Assembly (NCBI GenBank): GCA_031364845.1
Contig: JANLWX010000089.1
Span: 1-18,707, forward strand
DNA from: Candidatus Eiseniibacteriota bacterium
GTDB taxonomy: Bacteria; Eisenbacteria; RBG-16-71-46
Length of the DNA stretch: 18,707 bases
Direction: 5' to 3'
The stretch's first letter is position 1; every line of letters starts with the position of its first letter. A program made the position numbers and the translations under genes. Positions 8,031 through 16,093 of this stretch are shown one piece after another. The notes beneath the pieces are model-generated. The model did no database searches, was not told the DNA's origin, and was given only the letters and a program-made list of their open reading frames with translations.

Positions 8031-9230
8031 CTATTCGTTTACCCGCAGCAGCTGGAAGATCTCTTCGTTCGTCTTCCACTTGTTGAGCAGGTCGAGCAGC
8101 TTCTGCATCGCATCCTGCGGCTGAAGTCCTGCGAGCCCGCGGCGCAGCAGGTGCATGCGCTGCACGATCTCCGGAGGATAGAGCTTCTCCTCCTTGCGCG
8201 TGCCGCTCTTCGGGATGTCGATCGACGGATAGATCCGCCGCTCGGCCAGTTCGCGCGACAGCACCAGTTCCATGTTTCCGGTGCCCTTGAACTCCTCGAA
8301 GATCACTTGATCCATGCGCGAGCCGGTATCGACGAGTGCCGTGCCGACGATCGTGAGCGATCCGCCGCCTTCGATCTTGCGCGCCGCACCGAAGATCATG
8401 CGCGGCGACTGCATCGCGGTCGAATCGAGACCGCCCGACATGGTGCGTCCGCTGCCGTCGGAATTTGCGTTGTAGGCGCGCGCGAGTCGCGTGATCGAGT
8501 CCAGCAGCAGCACGACATCCTTGCCCTCGATCACCTGGGCCGCGACCACCTCCATCGCGTGCTCGGTGGTCTCGATGTGCTCCTGGATGCTCATGTCGCT
8601 CGAGGCGGCGATGACGGTCGCAGGTGTATTGCGCTTGAAGTCGGTCACTTCTTCGGGACGCTCATCGACGAGCAGCGCGTAGATCCCGACTTCCGGATGA
8701 TTGAAGGCAATCGATGCCGCGATGCACTGGAGAATTCGCGTCTTGCCGGCCTTGGGCGGCGAAACGATCAGACAGCGCTGTCCGCGTCCGATCGGTGAGA
8801 TCAGGTCGATCGCGCGGCCGGTCGTGCGGTCGCCGTAAGGAGGCGAACCTTTGCCCGGCGGAAGCTCGAGGATCAGGCGTTCGGTGGGATCGAGCGCCAC
8901 GCCGATCTGCTGCATGTCGCGCAGGATCTCGAGACCTCGGCGCTTCTCGTTGCCGGAGCGGCCGCGAGGATTGCGGCGGCGGCGCTGGCCATTCTGCTGG
9001 GGGGCGTTGTCGCCTAGCCCGCGTGCTTCCGAATAGGGCTGCGGGGCGTTGTTGGTGATCGGGCGGGCCGGACCGCGCGGACGGCGGCGGCGGCGGCGGC
9101 CTTGTGGCTGTCCGGATCCTCCGCCTTCGGAGGGGGCGGCTCCCGGTGCGGATCCTTGCACGGCCCCTTGAGGGGCTCCGGGCGGCTGTGGGGGTCGCGG
9201 GCCGCGAGGGCGGCGGCGACGGGGTCTCAT
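8031..9230 (-). CDS. rho: Atypical transcription termination factor Rho (399 aa): complete ATPase domain, Arg/Pro/Gly-rich N-terminus, no recognisable OB-fold RNA-binding domain
   Basis: IDLISPIGRGQR, Walker A PPKAGKT, DERPEEVTD, LLDSITRLARAYN, SGRTMSGG, GAARKIEGGGSLTI, EEFKGTGNMEL, SGTRKEE; GGAG upstream of ATG9230. Confidence 0.93.
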   Translation of the reverse strand: MRPRRRRPRGPRPPQPPGAPQGAVQGSAPGAAPSEGGGSGQPQGRRRRRRPRGPARPITNNAPQPYSEARGLGDNAPQQNGQRRRRNPRGRSGNEKRRGLEILRDMQQIGVALDPTERLILELPPGKGSPPYGDRTTGRAIDLISPIGRGQRCLIVSPPKAGKTRILQCIAASIAFNHPEVGIYALLVDERPEEVTDFKRNTPATVIAASSDMSIQEHIETTEHAMEVVAAQVIEGKDVVLLLDSITRLARAYNANSDGSGRTMSGGLDSTAMQSPRMIFGAARKIEGGGSLTIVGTALVDTGSRMDQVIFEEFKGTGNMELVLSRELAERRIYPSIDIPKSGTRKEEKLYPPEIVQRMHLLRRGLAGLQPQDAMQKLLDLLNKWKTNEEIFQLLRVNE

Positions 9231-9387
9231 CGGAATGGTGGACTCCAGAGTTTCGACATCGAACGGGTGCGCGCGATCGCGAGTACCAGGGGTGCTCGCG
9301 ACGCAACGCGTTGGGTGCGCATGCTGAGGCGCACGGGACGGTGCTGCGGGTCGCGCCCGATCGGGCGCGAAAGGCAGTTCACGACTT

Positions 9388-9410
9388 CCGCGCCCCGATG
9401 AGGGACGCGG
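9388..9410 (-). terminator. Stem-loop just downstream of the 9425-10609 gene
   Basis: Minus strand CCGCGTCCC-TCATC-GGGGCGCGG (9 bp, one G-U), ~15 nt after the stop; no U-tract. Confidence 0.4.
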
Positions 9411-9424
9411 GATCGCGAACCGCC

Positions 9425-10609
9425 CTACTTCTTCTGCCGTGAATACCCGGCAGGCACTTCGAAGCTGCCGGCGGGAACCGCGTCCGTGCTGATGCTCAGG
9501 ACCTCGGTCACGCTCTTAAACGTCGTGCCGCCGGTGGACGGTGTGCCGGCAGCGGAAGCCACCTGCGCCTCGGCCGCAGCGCTGGCCTTTTTGGCCGCCG
9601 CTTTGCTCGCCTTCTTGCCGAGAAATCCACCGAGCGCACCACCCAATCCGCCACCGCTCGCGATCGAGCTGCCCATCGACTTCGCATCCGCGGCGTCGTC
9701 CTTCTTTTCCTGCTCGGCGCGTTCGGCCTTCGCGCGCGCCATCTCGCGTTCGGCTTCGCCTTGCGCCTTCTCCGCGTCCTTCTGAGCGTCGGCGACCTGC
9801 TGCGCATGCTCGCCCGACATCACGCTCTCGATGGTGAAGGTCGAACGGATCGGAAATCCCTCGAGATCCTTGAGCTTTCCGGTCAGTTCCTTCATCCCGT
9901 TGCCGTACATCGCGCGCGCGGCGTCGGCCATGTGCGCCATTCCCGCGTCGCGGCCGAGCTTCTCGGCGAACGCGCGGTGGTACGACGTCATCTCCACCTG
10001 GCCGGGCGCCTTCTTTGTCATCCACTGATCCATCGTCAGGCGGACTTCGGAGACCGTTTCCGCCTGCTTGGGATCGGTCGGCTTGCCGGTGCAGGTGATC
10101 ACCACCTGCTCGCACGGGAAGCCGTTCACATCCTGCTTCACGCCGGTCTTCTTCACGTCCACACTGAACGTCATCCCCTCATCTTTGGGGCCGGACGCTC
10201 CGGGAGTCTTCGCGGACGCCTGTTCGGCGCCCTTCGCCATCATCGCCCGCATGTCCGCGAACGTGATCTCGGTGTACTCGTGCTTCTCGGGATCGAGACT
10301 CCACATCAGTTCCTTGTCGAGCCGCGTGATCGTGATGCTCTGCTTCGGTTTGCCGCCGGCCAGCGACTTGAAGCGGCCGGTGTAGGTGACCAGGTCTTCG
10401 CTACGGCTTCGATCTCCGGACACGACGAGCGTGCCTTCGGTCGATGCGTTGCCAAAGCCACCCAGGCCCTCGGAGACGGTTTTCTGCTTCACCAGCACAT
10501 CGGCGCCCGCGAGACTCGGCAGGGCAAGCGCGACGGCGAAGGTCAGAGCGGGGAACCACTCACGAGGGGCCCGATGATCGGACGCGATGCCCATGGGCAA
10601 ACGCGGCAT
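9425..10609 (-). CDS. Secreted/periplasmic hypothetical protein (DUF4412-like beta domain with coiled-coil and Gly-rich insert)
   Basis: GGAGG SD; signal-peptide-like ...AVALALPSLAGA-D; ITRLDKELMWSLDPEKHEYTE, KTG.KQDVNGFPCEQ and C-terminal VPAGSFEVPAGY resemble DUF4412-type proteins. Confidence 0.75.
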   Translation of the reverse strand: MPRLPMGIASDHRAPREWFPALTFAVALALPSLAGADVLVKQKTVSEGLGGFGNASTEGTLVVSGDRSRSEDLVTYTGRFKSLAGGKPKQSITITRLDKELMWSLDPEKHEYTEITFADMRAMMAKGAEQASAKTPGASGPKDEGMTFSVDVKKTGVKQDVNGFPCEQVVITCTGKPTDPKQAETVSEVRLTMDQWMTKKAPGQVEMTSYHRAFAEKLGRDAGMAHMADAARAMYGNGMKELTGKLKDLEGFPIRSTFTIESVMSGEHAQQVADAQKDAEKAQGEAEREMARAKAERAEQEKKDDAADAKSMGSSIASGGGLGGALGGFLGKKASKAAAKKASAAAEAQVASAAGTPSTGGTTFKSVTEVLSISTDAVPAGSFEVPAGYSRQKK

Positions 10610-10712
10610 AGAGGGCCTCCTTCACAACTCATTAGCCCGGACGTGCGGTTCATGAATAGTCCGGGATGGGTGCCACGGCATTATGGCCGCGCGCACGGGC
10701 GTTTGTCCAGAG

Positions 10713-11267
10713 TTACCGCGAACCGGGGCGCCACTCGACATCGGCGATGCCCGCACGATGATTGGCATGGCGGGCCATGACGAACAGCAGATCGGCGAGC
10801 CGGTTGAGGTAGCGGACCACATCCGCAGGGACCGCCTCCGCTCCCGCGAGTGCCACGACCCGGCGCTCGGCGCGGCGGCACACGGTGCGCGCGAGATGGA
10901 ACTGTGCGGCGAGCGCACTGCCGCCGGGCAGGATGAAGTTGCGCAGAGCCGGCAGGTCCGTTTCGAAGCGGTCGATCCACGCCTCGAGCGTCTGAATCGC
11001 CGTCGGGGAAACCCGTGGCGGTGATTCCGTGCCGCTCGCGTTCACGACGGTGGCGAGTTCGGCCCCGACGTCGAACAGCGCGGACTGGATCGCGCCGAGC
11101 TCGGCGGCATAGGCCTGGGCGCCCGGAAGCGCGCCGAGGGTGCCCAGAACGGCGTTCAGCTCGTCAACGGCCCCATAGGCTTCGACACGCGGGGCGCTCT
11201 TCGGGACCCGGCCGGGGCCGAGCAGCCCGGTCGTGCCGTCATCTCCGGTGCGGGTGTAGATCTTCAT
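10713..11267 (-). CDS. pduO: ATP:cob(I)alamin adenosyltransferase, PduO type (184 aa)
   Basis: MKIYTRTGDDGTTGL, RVEAYGAVDELNA, FILPGG, HLARTVCRRAERR, YLNRLADLLFVMAR. Confidence 0.95.
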   Translation of the reverse strand: MKIYTRTGDDGTTGLLGPGRVPKSAPRVEAYGAVDELNAVLGTLGALPGAQAYAAELGAIQSALFDVGAELATVVNASGTESPPRVSPTAIQTLEAWIDRFETDLPALRNFILPGGSALAAQFHLARTVCRRAERRVVALAGAEAVPADVVRYLNRLADLLFVMARHANHRAGIADVEWRPGSR

Positions 11268-11274
11268 GCGCGGC

Positions 11275-11280
11275 AGTCTA
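11275..11280 (-). promoter_or_regulatory. Putative -10 box (TAGACT) for a leaderless pduO transcript
   Basis: TANNNT hexamer ends 7 nt upstream of ATG11267; no SD is present. Confidence 0.5.
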
Positions 11281-11394
11281 GCCGCGCGGCTCCCCGCACC
11301 GCCAGCGCCGGGCCGGGCGTTGGCCGGGGACGGCGGGCGCCGCGAGCGTCCGGCGCGCCGCGGGAGCTGCCCGCGCAATAATCCCCCATCCCGC

Positions 11395-11423
11395 TTGCCA
11401 CGCGGGGCGCCCTGCGCCATGAT
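11395..11423 (+). promoter_or_regulatory. Putative sigma70 promoter of the long greA gene
   Basis: TTGCCA (11395-11400), 17-nt spacer, CATGAT (11418-11423). Confidence 0.5.
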
Positions 11424-11440
11424 GTCCGACCGATTCCCAC

Positions 11441-14185
11441 ATGAGGACACTTCCGATCCGAATGTCTGTTCGAGAGACGCTCCCCACGATCCTCCGCGGC
11501 GACGAAGCGGCAATTCTCACTCCCGAGGCATTCGTGCGCCTCGATGCCTTCGCCCACGAAGCCGACAACGAGATGCAGCTCGTGTACGTGCGTGATGAAT
11601 GCGCTTCACGCATGCGGCAGGGCGGCGCTTCGCACGGAGTCGAGTATCTGCTCTCGCAGGTGTGCCGCATCCATCGCGAACACGAGCGCGCGCACCAGAC
11701 GCTGCTGGCACTCGGCGACAAGCTCGCGGCGGCGAAGCAGTGGGAAGCACTCGCGGTGGTCGCCGAGCGCGCACTCGCGATCGAAGAGACCGGCGCCGCG
11801 GCCCATCTGCTGGTCGCCGCGCACGAAGCGCTGAAGAAAGATCCTGAGCGGATCGAAGCGCTGCAACGCGCATGGACGATCATCCCCGACGATCTCGACC
11901 TGGGCCTCACACTCGCGGTGCGGCTCGGAGAGATCGGACGCGGGGGCGAACGCCGCGCGCTGCTGGGCGCTCTGATGCCGCGGTTCGCCGAAGAGAAACG
12001 CTACGCGGGACTCGAAGAGACCGCACTCGAGTTCACCGAGCACGAAGATCACGAAGGTCTCGTGCAGCTCATCCAATCGCTCCCGATGCTGGTCGAGCAG
12101 GAAGCGCACGCGCAGGTCACCCAGTTGCTCGGCATCGCGTTCCCGCCGCTCGCGCGCGCGGAGCGCGCCGGCGAAGTGATTGATCCGGTGCGCAAGGTGG
12201 TGTTGAAGACGCTCGACAAGCTCGGAGCGCCGGCCGCGGACCGCCATCGCCCGATCCTGGTCGAATGCCTGCGCCAGGGCCCGGGGCGCGATCTTCCGCA
12301 GCCCGATCCGGTGATCGAACTTTCGGGCGTGGCGGATACCGACAAGCCGCTGATTCCGTCCCTCGAGCGCTTCGATGCGATCGTGGCGCTGCCGCCGGGC
12401 CGCGCCGTCCATCACACATCGTTCGGCGCCGGCCGCGTGACCGGGAACGACTCCGAGACCGTGATCCTCGACTTCGCGCACGGACGCGGTCACCGGATGC
12501 CGATCGTCGCCGCACGGCGGTCGCTGACACTGCTGCCGGACGACGACCTGCGCCTGCTCGCGGTCGTCGAGCCCGAAACGCTCGCGCGCATGCGTTCACA
12601 CGAGCCGGTGGAAATCCTGGTTCGCGCGCTCAAGTCGCTCGGCGGTCTGTCGGACGCGACGCGGCTCAAGGTGTTCCTGGTCGGTTCGGGCCTCGTGCCG
12701 CCCAAGGACTGGAACGTGTTCTGGCGCAAGTCGCGCGCGGCGGCCGAGAAGGATCCGCGCATCGATTCCTCGCGCGCATTCGAGCAGACCTATCAGCTGG
12801 CACCCGAGGGCATGGAGGCGAGCGACGACGATCGCGCGCCGCTGCCGTCACTCCAGCCGAACAAGACCGTGAAGCAGAACCTCGCGACGCTGCGCAAGTT
12901 CCTGTCGCAGCATCCGCGCGCCGACAGCGCGCTGTCGCAGCGCTTCGGCCGCTACGTCCAGCGCGCCGTGCTCGATCCGGACGGCGATCGCGTTGACCGC
13001 GCGCGCGCGGGCCTGTTCTTCGCGCGCTGGTTCCCGGAGCGCGTCGAAGAGTGGACGAACGTGCTGCGGACGTTGTGGGAGCAGGGACTCGCGATCTCGG
13101 ATCTGCCGGGCGAGGACGAACAGCTCGGACTGCTGCGCGCGTCGCACGAGGCGGGCGTGGAAGCCGATGCGATCCTGTCGGCGCTCGACTCGCGCTTCGC
13201 GGCCGTGCGCACCGAAGGCGAGCAGGCGCGCGTACAGCTCGACGATCGCGGACGCGACGAGATGCGCCGCACGCTGCTCGCGCACGCGACCCGCTATCCG
13301 GGTGCGGCGCTGCGATTGATCGAGGAAGAGCTCGACCGCACCACCGACGGTCCGGAGCCGTGGCGGCTGTTCTGCTCGGCGCTCACGCTCATCGAAGAGC
13401 GGCCCAAGCCTTCGACCGCGGACAAGGTCCTGCGCTGGCTCGAAGACGGCGGCGCGTTCGACGCCGTGCTCAAAGGCCGCCCGTGCCCCGAAGAATTCCG
13501 TCTCAAGGTGCGGATCCTGATGCGCCAGTGGAAGTCGAGCGATCGTTATCTGTTCCCGGCGCTCGAGGCCGCGGAGCGGCTCGGTCTCGCCGAGGAAGCC
13601 GCCGCGATCCGTTCGGCGCGCAAGACGAAAGCCGAGCGCATGTTCGACGGTGTCGGCCAGATGGTCGAAGACGCCGAGCTGCCGGTGATGACGCGCGCGA
13701 CATTCGAGCGGCTCACCAAGGATCTCGAGCGCATGGAGCGCGAGCTGCGCACCACGATTCCGGCAACGATCCAGAAGGCGCGCGAACTCGGCGATCTCAA
13801 GGAGAACGCCGAATATCATTCCGCGAAGGACAAGCAGGCGAACGTCAGCAAGATCGTCGCATCGCTCCAGCTGCGGCTGTCGCGCGCGCGCTTCGTCGAC
13901 GACATCGAAGTGAAGGACGGCAAGGTCGGTGTCGGCACCGAAGTCATCCTCGAGAGCGGCGGCGAGAAGCTCAAGTACTGGATACTCGGTGAAGACGAGC
14001 ATCACCACGGCGCGCACGTGATCTCGTTCCAGGCGCCGGTCGGCCGTTCGCTGCTCGGTCACTCCCTCGGTGACGAACTCGAACTCGGCGAGGGTGCCGC
14101 GCGCAAGCGTTATCGCGTCGTGTCCGTGGAGCGGCGCCTGCCGCCGCACGGCGCCGAAGCCGCGCAGGAAACCACAGAAGCCTGA
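11441..14185 (+). CDS. greA: Multidomain (~910 aa) GreA/GreB-family transcription elongation factor with C-terminal Gre domain
   Basis: C-terminal ~165 aa: MTRATFERL..., ARELGDLKENAEYHSAK, VGVGTEV, ISFQAPVGRSLLG. The N-terminal ~750 aa is helical with a VHHTSFGAGRV motif. Alternative start at ATG11462. Confidence 0.88.
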   Translation: MRTLPIRMSVRETLPTILRGDEAAILTPEAFVRLDAFAHEADNEMQLVYVRDECASRMRQGGASHGVEYLLSQVCRIHREHERAHQTLLALGDKLAAAKQWEALAVVAERALAIEETGAAAHLLVAAHEALKKDPERIEALQRAWTIIPDDLDLGLTLAVRLGEIGRGGERRALLGALMPRFAEEKRYAGLEETALEFTEHEDHEGLVQLIQSLPMLVEQEAHAQVTQLLGIAFPPLARAERAGEVIDPVRKVVLKTLDKLGAPAADRHRPILVECLRQGPGRDLPQPDPVIELSGVADTDKPLIPSLERFDAIVALPPGRAVHHTSFGAGRVTGNDSETVILDFAHGRGHRMPIVAARRSLTLLPDDDLRLLAVVEPETLARMRSHEPVEILVRALKSLGGLSDATRLKVFLVGSGLVPPKDWNVFWRKSRAAAEKDPRIDSSRAFEQTYQLAPEGMEASDDDRAPLPSLQPNKTVKQNLATLRKFLSQHPRADSALSQRFGRYVQRAVLDPDGDRVDRARAGLFFARWFPERVEEWTNVLRTLWEQGLAISDLPGEDEQLGLLRASHEAGVEADAILSALDSRFAAVRTEGEQARVQLDDRGRDEMRRTLLAHATRYPGAALRLIEEELDRTTDGPEPWRLFCSALTLIEERPKPSTADKVLRWLEDGGAFDAVLKGRPCPEEFRLKVRILMRQWKSSDRYLFPALEAAERLGLAEEAAAIRSARKTKAERMFDGVGQMVEDAELPVMTRATFERLTKDLERMERELRTTIPATIQKARELGDLKENAEYHSAKDKQANVSKIVASLQLRLSRARFVDDIEVKDGKVGVGTEVILESGGEKLKYWILGEDEHHHGAHVISFQAPVGRSLLGHSLGDELELGEGAARKRYRVVSVERRLPPHGAEAAQETTEA

Positions 14186-14655
14186 CGTCGCGCACCGCGA
14201 CGTATGTGATTTCCGCTCCGCTTCGAACATCACTTGCGCACGTTCCCAACGAGTTGCGCGCATGAGTTCGCAAAGCTGCGACTGCCCAACGTTTCTTCAC
14301 GTCGATCACCCGCGCGTCATCGTCGAACGTTTCGCAGAAAACTCCTGCGCTCGACGAAAATCCCTTGGCCCTCACCGGGCTTCACGCTATGTTGCCGCCC
14401 TCGCACTTTTGCATCGCCCGTGCTTGAAGGATGCAGGCCGCAGCGAAGAACGAACACCCGCATTGCGAACAAAGCTTTCGCTCACGGATTCTGTTTGGGT
14501 GGGCGGCGAAGACATATGGAGTTGACCGTAAAGTTGGGCGACCCTGTGTCGCCCGAGTTTGGGCTGGAAAGGGATTTCCCGCCGCCCATCCATTTCGGTG
14601 TTCCCGGAGATCGGCGAGTGATGCGCGATACGCATCGTTCCCGGTCGCGATGCCC

Positions 14656-15342
14656 ATGTCCCTTCAAGCAAACACACACGGCCTCAAGCTCGTCGTCGAG
14701 GAATCGCTGCGAGGCGTTCTCTCGATGGGCATGCTCGAAGTCGAAGGGGTGAGTCCGGGCGAGTTGCCGCCGGAGTACGCGACCGAGCGCGATCGCCTGG
14801 TCGAGCGACTCGCGACCCTCTACGCGGGGAAGCAGGCCGCGGACATCCCCGGTGTCGCCGAGACGCGCGCGCTGTTCCACCAGCTCGACATCGATCCCAC
14901 CAAGCATCGTCCGAGCAGCGAGGCTTTGTTGCGCCGCGTGCTCCAGGGCAAGGGACTTCCTCAGGTTTATCCCGCGGTCGATGTCTGCAACCTGTGCTCG
15001 CTCGAGCATCAGCTTCCGCTCGGCCTCTACGATCGCGACACGGTGCACGGTGCGATTCACGTGCGCGTCGGGCGCGAAGGCGAGGGGTATCCCGGCATCC
15101 GCAAGCAGCGCGTCCATCTGTCGGGACGGCTGTTGCTGGCCGACGACGACGGCCCGTTCGGCGCGCCCACGTCGGATTCGACGCGCACCGCGGTGAATTC
15201 CGACAGCCGCAACCTGCTGGTGGTCCTGTTCTGTCCGATCGACCGGGCCGGCCAGCATCTGTCCACCGCCCTGGAACACATTGCCGACCTCCTCACGCGC
15301 TATTGCGGTGCCCACGTCGCCGCGGTACGCGTGTTGCAGTGA
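14656..15342 (+). CDS. Standalone B3/4 (PheRS beta-subunit editing-like) domain protein
   Basis: RALFHQLDIDPTKHRPSSEALLRRVLQGKGLP..YPAVDVCNLCSL...LPLGLYD and LADDDGPFGAPTSDS.RT match B3/4 proteins; start ATG14656 or ATG14650. Confidence 0.9.
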   Translation: MSLQANTHGLKLVVEESLRGVLSMGMLEVEGVSPGELPPEYATERDRLVERLATLYAGKQAADIPGVAETRALFHQLDIDPTKHRPSSEALLRRVLQGKGLPQVYPAVDVCNLCSLEHQLPLGLYDRDTVHGAIHVRVGREGEGYPGIRKQRVHLSGRLLLADDDGPFGAPTSDSTRTAVNSDSRNLLVVLFCPIDRAGQHLSTALEHIADLLTRYCGAHVAAVRVLQ

Positions 15343-15520
15343 CCTGCGGCCCCACGGAACGCCATCTCAAGCCCTTCCGCACCTGAGCCGATAACGCGGT
15401 GACGGTCATCGTCCCGCCATTGCGCGGGCGGCGAGAGAGATGTTCAAGTGTGCAGCGAGTTCCCCAACCCGCGGTCGGCAGCGTCCCTCGCCGCCGATCG
15501 TTTTTCCAGGAGGTAGCCGC

Positions 15521-16081
15521 ATGAAGAAACTCGGAGTGTGCTCGATCGCGCTCGCGCTCTTCGCATTCGCGAGCACCGCCAGTGCCGGCGGCATCGGAAT
15601 CGGCGCGTTTGGCGGAGCGAGTGTTCCGCTGGTGCAGGACGACAACGGACAGGGCACGATGTATGGCGTGCGCGTTCCCGTGAGCCTCGTCCCGCTGTTC
15701 ACGGTCGAGCCGTACTACGCGAAGTCCACCGGCGGCGACAAGGATCAGGAAGTCGGCGGATCCACGTTCACGCGCAGCGGCATCGATCTCACGTCGTACG
15801 GCGCGAATCTCATGCTGACGTTCGGCACCGGATTCCAGATGTACCCGTACGCCGGCATCGGCACCACCAAGTCCGAGCGTCCGGGTCTCGATGCTTCGGC
15901 CACCGCGTACAACTTCGGCCTCGGCTTCGGGATTTCGCCGCCGGCGTTGAAGCTCGCGCTGCATCTCCGTGGCGAGATGGCCGTGGTGCGCGAGGAAGAT
16001 GCGACGGAGTCGGCGCGCAAGTGGGCCAACGTGACGGTCGGCGTCTCGTATGGCCTGTTCTCTTTCCCCCCTGCTCCTTGA
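15521..16081 (+). CDS. Outer-membrane beta-barrel protein (small, OmpA-TM/porin-like; 186 aa)
   Basis: AGGAGGT SD at 15508-15514; signal peptide MKKLGVCSIALALFAFASTASA; alternating amphipathic strands (YGVRV, YGANL, YPYAGIG, YNFGLGFG, VTVGVSY). Confidence 0.85.
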   Translation: MKKLGVCSIALALFAFASTASAGGIGIGAFGGASVPLVQDDNGQGTMYGVRVPVSLVPLFTVEPYYAKSTGGDKDQEVGGSTFTRSGIDLTSYGANLMLTFGTGFQMYPYAGIGTTKSERPGLDASATAYNFGLGFGISPPALKLALHLRGEMAVVREEDATESARKWANVTVGVSYGLFSFPPAP

Positions 16082-16093
16082 GGAGACCTGAAC

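Noticed and set aside
8960..9230. CGG/GCG microsatellite-like runs as a DNA repeat or phase-variation tract
   Set aside because: They are in-frame codon runs encoding the Arg tracts of the Rho N-terminus.
14490..14560. T-box or guanidine riboswitch upstream of the B3/4 gene
   Set aside because: GGGTGG is not followed by the T-box NACC, and no ykkC, mini-ykkC (ACGR-loop hairpins) or ykkC-III consensus was recognisable.
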